The position numbers and the translations under genes were made by a program. Positions 27,211 to 35,162 of a DNA stretch of 61,837 nt are shown piece by piece. Under the pieces are notes generated by a model. It made no database searches. It saw only the letters and a list, made by a program, of their open reading frames with translations, and was not told the origin of the DNA. Position 1 is the stretch's first letter, and each line of letters starts with the position of its first letter. Source of the stretch: Pyrinomonadaceae bacterium (GTDB taxonomy: Bacteria; Acidobacteriota; Blastocatellia; Pyrinomonadales; Pyrinomonadaceae); NCBI GenBank assembly GCA_023717605.1, contig JAMQPH010000315.1, forward strand, positions 1-61,837, written 5' to 3'.

Positions 27211-27591
27211 ATGAGCTCATACACCGATCCGGCAATACGCATAACGCTTCTACCACGCGATACCAATTCGCAAGGCACAGTCTTTGGTGGGATCATTCTG
27301 AGTTATATCGACATGGCGGGCGCGATAGAGGCCCACCGCCACACCCGAATGGAACGATTCGTAACGGTGGCGATGCGCGAGGTGATTTTTCACAAACCAG
27401 TCCTGGTCGGTGACCTGGCAAGTTTCTATGCCGAGACCGTGCGCGTCGGAAACACCTCGATTACGGTACGCGTCATCGTCGAAGCGGAAAGAATAGGTTC
27501 AAGCACCGACCGCGTAAGAGTAACTGAAGCTGAGGTCGTCTACGTGGCTGTCGATGCCAACCGCCAGAAGATAAAGATCAACAAACCATAA
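27211..27591 (+). CDS. Acyl-CoA thioesterase (hotdog fold)
   Basis: LLPRDTNSQGTVFGGIILSYIDMAG motif, typical of the YciA/Acot-type hotdog family. Start taken at internal ATG 27211; the ORF-track start at 27121 adds an atypical 30 aa. Confidence 0.82.
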   Translation: MSSYTDPAIRITLLPRDTNSQGTVFGGIILSYIDMAGAIEAHRHTRMERFVTVAMREVIFHKPVLVGDLASFYAETVRVGNTSITVRVIVEAERIGSSTDRVRVTEAEVVYVAVDANRQKIKINKP

Positions 27592-27685
27592 ACTGAAGGC
27601 GCGCTGCTAGGTCAAAGCCGCTGCGTCTAAAGAGTACTCAAAAGTCAGTACTCAGGACTCAGCACACAGTACTCAGGACTAATGC

Positions 27686-28198
27686 TCAGTTCAGCACTGC
27701 CTGCATGCGTCTTAGTGCGGTGGCGGCTTCCGTAAACCCTGGTTGCTGTTCAAGCGCAAGCGTGTAATGGCGGGCGGCATCCAGATATTTCCGGCGCATC
27801 TCGTAAACGCGCCCCAGGTTGAAGTGAGGAAACGCATAAGAATCGTAACGCGGAGCAAACAGCGCACGTTTGAACCAGCGAACGCAGCCGTAGGAATCGC
27901 CCTTGGCTAGAAGATAACTCCCGATGTCGTTGTAAGGGTTTCCCAGCGTTTCGTCGACCCGGATTGCTTCCAGACACTCCGCGATGGCCTCATCGTAGCG
28001 ATTCTGAAAACTGTAGACCCAGCCCAGAAAAGTGTGCGCCTCGGCAGTCGGGTAGGTCTCAATGGAACGCTGGTAGAGTTCAATTGCAGACTCGTAGTTC
28101 TCAGCCAACTGAGCCTGGTAAGCTTCTTGAAAAAGCTGCCGGGCCTCGTACTTAGCCGATGGTGAAACGTCATCCTCGAACATTTCGTCGGTGGTCAT
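27686..28198 (-). CDS. TPR repeat protein
   Basis: 170 aa with several 34-aa TPR-like units (AIELYQRSIETYP.., AIECLEAIRVD.., AARHYTLALEQQP). Its ATG overlaps the stop of the upstream gene (ATGA at 28195-28198). Confidence 0.75.
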   Translation of the reverse strand: MTTDEMFEDDVSPSAKYEARQLFQEAYQAQLAENYESAIELYQRSIETYPTAEAHTFLGWVYSFQNRYDEAIAECLEAIRVDETLGNPYNDIGSYLLAKGDSYGCVRWFKRALFAPRYDSYAFPHFNLGRVYEMRRKYLDAARHYTLALEQQPGFTEAATALRRMQAVLN

Positions 28199-29778
28199 TT
28201 GGTTTCAACACAGTCCGACTTTCCGGCGGTAGCGCTATCCAGACGTTTGATGCGCCCGTCAGTCCTCGGAGCAATCGACTTCGCCGCCATGACGGCTCGT
28301 CGCAGGATATCAAAGTCGCTCTGACCCTGCTCCGGCGAGATCAAAAGCGGCGCACCCTTGAGCATCTCGTAACCATCTCCCCCATCAATCGCCAGAAAGT
28401 TTGTGGTTGCCAGCGTATATTTTCTGTTGTCGTCAAGAGGTTGCCCATTAACGCTAACGTCTACGACTCGAGATCCGGGCGGATGGCTGGCGTCGAACGT
28501 AAAACGAAGACCCGCCACCTGGGGAAATTGTCCCGGCTGTAGGTCTTCCGCGCTTTTACTTACACCATGTTCGAGTACTGCCCGCAATGTAGCTCCGGTT
28601 AGTTCTAATTTTACTACCTTGTTCTTAAACGGAAGAATCGAAAGCAAGTCTCTCTTCGTGAGCGCGCCCGGACTGATAATCGTGTCTGCACGGATCGAGC
28701 CTCCATTCATGAGGGCAACATCCGCGTTGGTCGCTCTGCGAAATGCGTCAGCCACCATGTTTCCCACATTCGTTTCCCCTGTGCGATTCTCGGCGCTGCG
28801 CGCATCCAATGCCACTCTTGAGCGACCCACAGTTTGGGAGAGTTCTTTTAGGTGACCTGCATACTTCCGGTAAATTCCAGCGAACTCTGGATCCTCCTTG
28901 GTTTCATTGGTCACTGGTATCACTTTCCAATCGATACTTTCCAATTCACCGCTGGTCTTCGAGATATTCAGGTCAATTCTTCCTAAGTCACGAGCGTCTG
29001 CCGTCATCTTGAAGATTGGAGCACCGCCCGCTGCCGACTCCAGCAGAGTGTGTTCATGACCTCCGATGATTACGTCGACATCCGAGCAACGTGCCACCTC
29101 CTTGTCCTCCCTCATCGACAGATGGGTCAAGGCCACCACAACTTTGGCGCCGGCTGCATGAATATCGGAAACAACCTTCCTTGCTGTTTGGCACGAGTCG
29201 AGGAAGTCAACGTCCGGACCCGGTCGCGATGCAGTGCTTGTCTCGGGCAGCACCAGTCCGAAGATCCCGATCTTGACGCCACCAAATTCGCGGATTACGA
29301 AAGATTCAGCCCCGCCGAATGGTTTACCCGTTTTCCTGTCGATGACATTGGCAGCAACCCAGAGGAAGCGCGACTCTTTCATGCGTTCGCGCAGCACCTC
29401 AGGCCCAAAATCAAATTCATGATTACCGAGAGTGGCGTAGTCGAGACCAGCCGTATTCCAGGCTTCGATCATCTGTGCGCCCTTGTAAGTTATCGACTCA
29501 ACCGAAGGCGATATGGTGTCACCCGCGAAAAGAAAAAGCGTGTGGGGTGACTCCTTCTGAATTTCTTTCTTCAAAGTCATAACGCGCGCCAGACCTCCGC
29601 GAGTCCCACGGTCGACAGGCGCAAACTGATAGACGTCGTTTACTTGAAGCAGCGTGATGCGGGTTGTGCATTCAGCCGCTTGCTGAGCTGAGCCAGTTGG
29701 AATACTGGAGAGAATGGTTGCAATAGCCAGGACAAATGCTAGCGGCATCCTTCTTCTCATGGCTTGATAAAGTCGCAT
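28195..29778 (-). CDS. Bifunctional metallophosphatase / 5'-nucleotidase (UshA-like), exported
   Basis: Signal-like N-terminus, metallophosphoesterase motifs GDTISP, GNHEFDFG and GGHEH, and a C-terminal 5'-nucleotidase domain. Confidence 0.88.
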   Translation of the reverse strand: MRLYQAMRRRMPLAFVLAIATILSSIPTGSAQQAAECTTRITLLQVNDVYQFAPVDRGTRGGLARVMTLKKEIQKESPHTLFLFAGDTISPSVESITYKGAQMIEAWNTAGLDYATLGNHEFDFGPEVLRERMKESRFLWVAANVIDRKTGKPFGGAESFVIREFGGVKIGIFGLVLPETSTASRPGPDVDFLDSCQTARKVVSDIHAAGAKVVVALTHLSMREDKEVARCSDVDVIIGGHEHTLLESAAGGAPIFKMTADARDLGRIDLNISKTSGELESIDWKVIPVTNETKEDPEFAGIYRKYAGHLKELSQTVGRSRVALDARSAENRTGETNVGNMVADAFRRATNADVALMNGGSIRADTIISPGALTKRDLLSILPFKNKVVKLELTGATLRAVLEHGVSKSAEDLQPGQFPQVAGLRFTFDASHPPGSRVVDVSVNGQPLDDNRKYTLATTNFLAIDGGDGYEMLKGAPLLISPEQGQSDFDILRRAVMAAKSIAPRTDGRIKRLDSATAGKSDCVETK

Positions 29779-29888
29779 TAATCACCTCCCTCATGCGAAC
29801 CAGGTGGGCTCGTTATGTTGGTCCTAGAAGCGTGAATTATACTCGCCCTATGATCTTCCCGGCTAAGTTTTGAGCTCTGGAGAATTTC

Positions 29889-30965
29889 ATGCCTCTTGAT
29901 GAAACAGTTTTTATCACAGGGTTTCCTGGCTTCATTGCCGGCCGGCTCCTGGAACGTCTCGCCAGGGAAGGGGGGCGCTTTTTAGTTCTAGTGCAGTCTC
30001 CTTTGATAGACCGCGCCCATGCTGAGCTTGAGAGAATTGCTCAACAGACTGGAAATCCCTTCTTAAACTTTCGCATTCTCGAAGGCGACATCGCACAACC
30101 TAATCTCGGGATGTCTCAGGACGACCTTGCAATCGCGAGTTCTCAAACGACAGTGATTTTCCACCTCGCGGCGATTTACGACCTGGCAGTGGCGCGCGAT
30201 GTAGCCATGCGGGTTAATGTTGCCGGCACCAGGGACGTTAACGAGTTTGCGAAGTCGTTGCCGAACCTGCGTCACTATCACTACGTCTCCACCTGTTATG
30301 TTGCCGGGAAACGGAACGGTCGAATTCTGGAGACCGAACTGACACACACAGCCGGTTTCCGCAATTACTACGAGGAGTCGAAGTATTTGGCGGAGATGGA
30401 AGTGGCGGCGCTCAAATCCACTCTGCCCATTACCATTCATCGACCCGCAGTGGTTTGCGGTGACTCAAAGACAGGGGAGACAGCGAAATACGATGGCGTC
30501 TATTACTTGATCCACTACCTGCGAAAGTGGCCGAGTGTACTGAAGCTTTTTAACATAGGAAATCGCGAGGTTAGCTTGAATCTTGTACCCGTGGATTTTG
30601 TTGTCGACGGATTGGCTGCACTGGTTCGGGATCCGAAGGCAATAGGTAAGACGATCCAGCTGGCCGATCCCAATCCACTTACAACCCACGAGCTTTTCAA
30701 CACCATTGCCCGATGCCTGAAAGGTAGTGGCTCGTTTATCACAGTTCCTGCCCCAATAGTACAGTTCTCTTTAATGCTGCCGCCCTCACCCCGGATCACA
30801 AATCTACCGCATCACGGTGTGCCCTACTTCTTTCTGAAACAAACCTACGACACCCGGCAGGCCAGCGCGCTCCTGGAATCGCACGATCTGCGTTGCCTGC
30901 CTTTTTCCAGTTATGCTGACAGGATTGTAGACTACGCCGTCTCCCATCCGGTGCCGGGTGCCTAA
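29889..30965 (+). CDS. SDR-family NAD(P)-dependent reductase/epimerase (acyl reductase-like)
   Basis: Glycine motif ITGFPGFIAGRLL and catalytic YEESKYLAE (YxxxK). Confidence 0.8.
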   Translation: MPLDETVFITGFPGFIAGRLLERLAREGGRFLVLVQSPLIDRAHAELERIAQQTGNPFLNFRILEGDIAQPNLGMSQDDLAIASSQTTVIFHLAAIYDLAVARDVAMRVNVAGTRDVNEFAKSLPNLRHYHYVSTCYVAGKRNGRILETELTHTAGFRNYYEESKYLAEMEVAALKSTLPITIHRPAVVCGDSKTGETAKYDGVYYLIHYLRKWPSVLKLFNIGNREVSLNLVPVDFVVDGLAALVRDPKAIGKTIQLADPNPLTTHELFNTIARCLKGSGSFITVPAPIVQFSLMLPPSPRITNLPHHGVPYFFLKQTYDTRQASALLESHDLRCLPFSSYADRIVDYAVSHPVPGA

Positions 30966-31019
30966 TTGCCCTCCTACCAGGGGCGGGGAAGCCGGAGCGA
31001 CAATGGCATCGTTGCTTAT

Positions 31020-31050
31020 TTGACATTGTGCTACTTTAGAATTAGTCTAA
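31020..31050 (+). promoter_or_regulatory. Candidate promoter with overlapping Fur/PerR-type 7-1-7 operator
   Basis: TTGACA (31020-31025), a 17-nt spacer, then TAGTCT (31043-31048). The inverted repeat TTAGAAT-T-AGTCTAA (31036-31050) matches 6 of 7 positions per arm and has the PerR/Fur box geometry. It lies 20 nt upstream of the regulator ATG. Confidence 0.4.
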
Positions 31051-31069
31051 GTCTACGTTTGGGAGCGTT

Positions 31070-31486
31070 ATGGCAAAGAACACCAAAGATCACGAGACAA
31101 CAGCGAAATTGACTCCTCAGCGGGAAGCTGTCCTGCAGGTTATTCGCGACCGGGAAGACCACCCGACCGCGAACGAGATCTTCGAGGCAGCGCGCGCAAT
31201 TCTGCCCGCAATAAGCTATGCCACCGTTTATAACTCTCTGCGCTATTTCAGAGAAACGGGTTTGGTGCGGGAAATCAATTTTGGCGATAGTGCCAGCCGT
31301 TACGACGGCATCACCAAGCGGCACGATCACGCAATCTGCACTAACTGCGGGAAACTCGTGGATTTCGATTGCAACGAAGCCGCCAATCTTATGCGTGCCG
31401 CAGCACGCAAATCACGCTTCAAACCCGAGAGAGTGTATCTGACATTGATGGGTCTTTGTCCTGATTGCCGCGATGGAACAAATTGA
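31070..31486 (+). CDS. Fur-family transcriptional regulator (PerR-like)
   Basis: Winged-helix N-terminus, an HDH metal motif, and CxxC pairs (CTNCGKLVDF and CPDC). It sits next to a peroxiredoxin gene. Confidence 0.88.
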   Translation: MAKNTKDHETTAKLTPQREAVLQVIRDREDHPTANEIFEAARAILPAISYATVYNSLRYFRETGLVREINFGDSASRYDGITKRHDHAICTNCGKLVDFDCNEAANLMRAAARKSRFKPERVYLTLMGLCPDCRDGTN

Positions 31487-31555
31487 AGCAAACACTACCT
31501 GGGGCCCGCCAAAGGGAGAAACTAAGGTCTTTTTACCTAACAACTTGGAGGATTC

Positions 31556-32128
31556 ATGACAGCAGCAGCAACAGCAGTAGCAATTGAGAGTGCAATGGTC
31601 GGTCAACTGGCACCCGAGTTCGATATGGCCTCGACCAAGAACATCGAGAAACTAAACGAGAACGTAAAGCTTGCCGACTATAAAGGCAGATGGCTCGTAC
31701 TTTTGTTTTATCCATTGGACTTCACTTTCGTTTGTCCCACGGAGTTGACCGCGTTTAGCGATCGCTATGACGAGTTTGAGGGCATCGGCGCTGATATTAT
31801 CGGTGTCTCCACCGACTCGGCTTTTTCACATCGAGCGTGGATTAACACACCGCGTGACAAAGGCGGAGTTGCGGACTTGAAGTATCCTCTCGCCGCTGAC
31901 TCAACGAAAAAAGTTTCGCGTGATTACGGCGTGTTGATCGAAAACAAAGGCATCGCACTCCGCGGCCTCTTCGTTATCGATCCGGAGGGCATTCTGCGCT
32001 ACAAGGTCGTTCATGATCTGAATATTGGCCGCTCGGCGGAAGAAACGCTGAGAGTGATCCAGGCCTTGCAAACAGGTGGTCTCTGCCAGGCCGAATGGAA
32101 ACCCGGTCAGAAGACGCTTAACGCTTAA
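31556..32128 (+). CDS. ahpC: Typical 2-Cys peroxiredoxin (AhpC/Prx1 family)
   Basis: Peroxidatic Cys motif DFTFVCPTE and resolving Cys GGLCQAEWKPG. GGAGG lies upstream of ATG 31556. Confidence 0.9.
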   Translation: MTAAATAVAIESAMVGQLAPEFDMASTKNIEKLNENVKLADYKGRWLVLLFYPLDFTFVCPTELTAFSDRYDEFEGIGADIIGVSTDSAFSHRAWINTPRDKGGVADLKYPLAADSTKKVSRDYGVLIENKGIALRGLFVIDPEGILRYKVVHDLNIGRSAEETLRVIQALQTGGLCQAEWKPGQKTLNA

Positions 32129-32137
32129 CAAGAAACC

Positions 32138-32210
32138 GATGGGTGATAGGTGAAGGCAGAACGGAATAGTCTCCGCTCCTGACCTCTCCACTTATCACCC
32201 ATCACCTATC
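32138..32210. repeat. Palindrome downstream of the peroxiredoxin gene
   Basis: GATGGGTGATAGGTG (32138-32152) is roughly the reverse complement of CCACTTATCACCCATC (32188-32203), followed by ACCTATC. Possible terminator or attenuator before the next same-strand gene. Confidence 0.7.
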
Positions 32211-32227
32211 AACGGAGTTGAGAATCC

Positions 32228-32707
32228 ATGCCAATGAGAATTGGAACAGAGATGCCCGGGCTGGAAGAAGCGACCACGTGGTTTGGGGGCACTCAAGCTC
32301 ATGCCGAAGCGGAAGCCAAAGGCCATCCTACGCTCGTCCATTTCTGGTCGATCAGCTGTGGAACCTGCAAGGACAACCTGCCGCGAATCGCGACGTGGCG
32401 TGAGGAACTAAGTGAACAGGGCCTGCGGGTGATCGCGATACATATGCCTCGCTATGAGTCAGACACGGATATCGAAGCGGTACAAGAAGCGATTGCCACG
32501 TTCAATATCTCTGAACCCTGTGCCGTCGATAATGAGCACAAGCTTCGCTATGCCTTTCAAAACGACCAGGGATACGTACCGGCCTATTACCTATTTGACG
32601 GTGACGGGAAACTGCGCAGCTTTGCCGCGGGAGAGCGGGGAGTCGATTTGTTGAAGGCGACACTTGATCGTATCCTCGCGCAGACTAAGGAAGCCGTTGC
32701 CAGTTAG
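32228..32707 (+). CDS. Thioredoxin-fold redoxin (TlpA/ResA-like)
   Basis: WSISCGTCK CxxC active site within a thioredoxin-like length. Same strand as the peroxiredoxin gene. Confidence 0.78.
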   Translation: MPMRIGTEMPGLEEATTWFGGTQAHAEAEAKGHPTLVHFWSISCGTCKDNLPRIATWREELSEQGLRVIAIHMPRYESDTDIEAVQEAIATFNISEPCAVDNEHKLRYAFQNDQGYVPAYYLFDGDGKLRSFAAGERGVDLLKATLDRILAQTKEAVAS

Positions 32708-32720
32708 CAGTGTTCTGATC

Positions 32721-33266
32721 TTAAAGGGCGAGAGCTCTTGAGATCTGCTCTGCGATTACTACGAGAAGGAAAACACTCACCAGGGCCGCGCCCACAGCCA
32801 GGCTAACCAGCAACAGAATTATTACGCCCACGAAAAGCCAGTCACTGATTTTGCCCTCACGGGCCTCGCTCGCGGAAACCGTTGCGCGCTGGCGCAGCAA
32901 ATCGATGTTCTTCTGATTTGATTTCCACCACGCATCAAAGAGATCACCGACCAGGGGCAAGGCGCCCACGACATAGTCGATGCCGAGATTGAGTCCCATG
33001 CGCAGCAGGGTAATCTTTGGGACCCGGTAACGGACGGCTGAGGTAAGGATATACAGGGACGCGAGGGTGGTGGCTGTGTCACCTACTCCGGGAATCAGTC
33101 CCACCAATGCATCAAGACCAACCCGCCAGCCGATTATCGGAAGGCGAAAGAGATCGTCCAGTAGCCAGCTGAGACGTTCCAGACTCCGTTCCACCTCGAC
33201 AGAGCGCGACTGTTGACTGATTGCGTCACCGGCAAACTTGATTTCTTGCGGCGGGTAAGCTCTCAT
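32721..33266 (-). CDS. DUF4112 family membrane protein
   Basis: LDDLFRLPIIGWRVGLDALVGLIPGVGD motif as I recall for DUF4112, plus a C-terminal TM helix. Confidence 0.7.
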   Translation of the reverse strand: MRAYPPQEIKFAGDAISQQSRSVEVERSLERLSWLLDDLFRLPIIGWRVGLDALVGLIPGVGDTATTLASLYILTSAVRYRVPKITLLRMGLNLGIDYVVGALPLVGDLFDAWWKSNQKNIDLLRQRATVSASEAREGKISDWLFVGVIILLLVSLAVGAALVSVFLLVVIAEQISRALAL

Positions 33267-33307
33267 CGTTATCTCTAGCTGGGATCTTTCCCTTTGTCCT
33301 TACCGCC

Positions 33308-35134
33308 TCACCGTATCCGCGTCATTTGCTGCCAGAAAAATTTCCCGACCCGAGCAAATGCAGTAAACGCATTGCGTTCTCCACTCTTTTCCTTGCCCGG
33401 GTTAGCAGGCAGCCCCAACGACTTGGCTAGTTCCGGATCTGGTTTAGCAATGTCTTCATCGCCACGTTTGTTCGCCAGCCAGCGGTTAAAAGTACGAGCA
33501 ACCGTCCTTCTTTGTTCTATGGGCGCCTCAGCGATAAATGCGCCGCGCAGGTCATCCATCTCGGCAATCTCGAAAAGGTTCGCCTTGTAATAGCTTTGCA
33601 GAGCAGAAAAAAACTTCTCCTCGCCCAACAATCGTTGCAGCTCGACGAACATCATGGCGCCCTTGGTGGAGACAATCGCAGCATACTGAAACGAGTTGCG
33701 ATACTCGCGAGTGGGACGATTTGCGTCCATGTCTTCACCACCGAACGTGCGATACACGCGATAAACTCCCAGCAATTGATCGTCAACCACGGTTGCGGCT
33801 AGTTCGTTGCCATAGACTTCTCGGTAATAAAGCAGCGCTGACCAATATGACAGCGCCTCATCAAGCACAGCTTCCCGCGCCGGATTGTTCCCGACCGCCG
33901 CCCCCCACCACTGATGAGCAACTAGATGTCCTACCGTCCACTCCAGGCTTTGTTCCAAGGAAGGGCGCTGCTCGCGAATGATCTCGGGAAGATTCCGCAT
34001 AGCCGCGGAATCGAAATCGACGTAAAAAGCACTGGCAATCACATCCAGCCCGGTGAACTCGGTGCTGCCAAGGCCCGCGACAAGTGGAGCTTCAGCGATA
34101 GTGATCGTCTTGAAGGGCGACAGTCCAAAACGCGAACTGAAGATTCTGAGAGCATTTGTCCCCGCCGTCAGAACGCGTTTGCCTGCTCGTTCGTGCTGGG
34201 GAAGAAAAACTGATCGCAAGGTCGTGTTCCCCACCACAGCTTCTTCAACGCGCAAACCGCGAGCGGCGACGATGGCAAAATCTCGAAGGGGGGCTCCCGC
34301 GTAGGTCTTAATAGTTTGGCCCTCCGAATTCGACGGCAGCTCAGTGCCCGAAGTAAAAACCATCACTCCGGAGGGTGCCTCCACGCTAACTTCGTAGTCC
34401 GCCACCTCGTTGAAGATTATGTCACCAACACTCGGCTCAATCTTGCGTTGCCATTCATCGCCATCGTGCACTGCCAGCACTGGATGGAAAGTGCCGAGCA
34501 GCATCAGACCACGACAGTGAAAATTGATGTCTCGAGCCCGGCGTGTTTCTCTTTCGCCGCGCAGAGCCGCGCTAACTTGCTTGATTACGTGCGTCGTTAA
34601 ACCTGTCTCCTCCGGGTCGATTTCCGGCACCCTGCCTATAAAACTGACAAGGACTTCTGTTGATCCTCCGGGCGCCACAGCTTCACGCAAGTTGACGCGC
34701 AGGGTTGTGCCTTGATCGTCGAGCGCGAAAGTTAACCGTTCGTTGTCAGATGTAGAACGCACCTCCGTAATTTCAATTCGCGGTTCATCAGATTCTGCCA
34801 ATGCAAGTGTGGCAGAGTTTGATGTTGATGCAGGCGTGGGTTGAGGGACGCGCAGGTTGGAATAGAGATGAAAGTAGAGAGCACCAGTTGAGCGGTCGCT
34901 ATGATTGATCCAGCGCACCCGTTCTGACCCTGCATAGGTACGCCAGTCGAAATTGAGCTTTAGATTGATTTGATATCTTGCGCGTTCTACCGCTTCAGAC
35001 GGGCCGCGCTCAACTGGTTGTGTTCGCTCCTGGGCTGTTGGAACAGCCGCGCCTGGGCCCACACCGAGGAGTAGCACTAAAAGAAACAGGCGTCTTCCTG
35101 ACGCACATTTTTGATTTCTGTTGGTTCGTTTCAT
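33308..35134 (-). CDS. Exported M1-family (aminopeptidase N-like) metallopeptidase homologue with altered active site
   Basis: The zinc motif region reads GHLVAHQWWG-x-..LDEAL, i.e. HLxxH-X18-E instead of HExxH-X18-E. The GxMEN position reads GSTEF. ATG 35134 has AAGGTGG 4 nt upstream and is followed by a signal-like segment. Confidence 0.8.
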   Translation of the reverse strand: MKRTNRNQKCASGRRLFLLVLLLGVGPGAAVPTAQERTQPVERGPSEAVERARYQINLKLNFDWRTYAGSERVRWINHSDRSTGALYFHLYSNLRVPQPTPASTSNSATLALAESDEPRIEITEVRSTSDNERLTFALDDQGTTLRVNLREAVAPGGSTEVLVSFIGRVPEIDPEETGLTTHVIKQVSAALRGERETRRARDINFHCRGLMLLGTFHPVLAVHDGDEWQRKIEPSVGDIIFNEVADYEVSVEAPSGVMVFTSGTELPSNSEGQTIKTYAGAPLRDFAIVAARGLRVEEAVVGNTTLRSVFLPQHERAGKRVLTAGTNALRIFSSRFGLSPFKTITIAEAPLVAGLGSTEFTGLDVIASAFYVDFDSAAMRNLPEIIREQRPSLEQSLEWTVGHLVAHQWWGAAVGNNPAREAVLDEALSYWSALLYYREVYGNELAATVVDDQLLGVYRVYRTFGGEDMDANRPTREYRNSFQYAAIVSTKGAMMFVELQRLLGEEKFFSALQSYYKANLFEIAEMDDLRGAFIAEAPIEQRRTVARTFNRWLANKRGDEDIAKPDPELAKSLGLPANPGKEKSGERNAFTAFARVGKFFWQQMTRIR

Positions 35135-35162
35135 TGAGCCACCTTGCAGCTTTGTCCACCTA

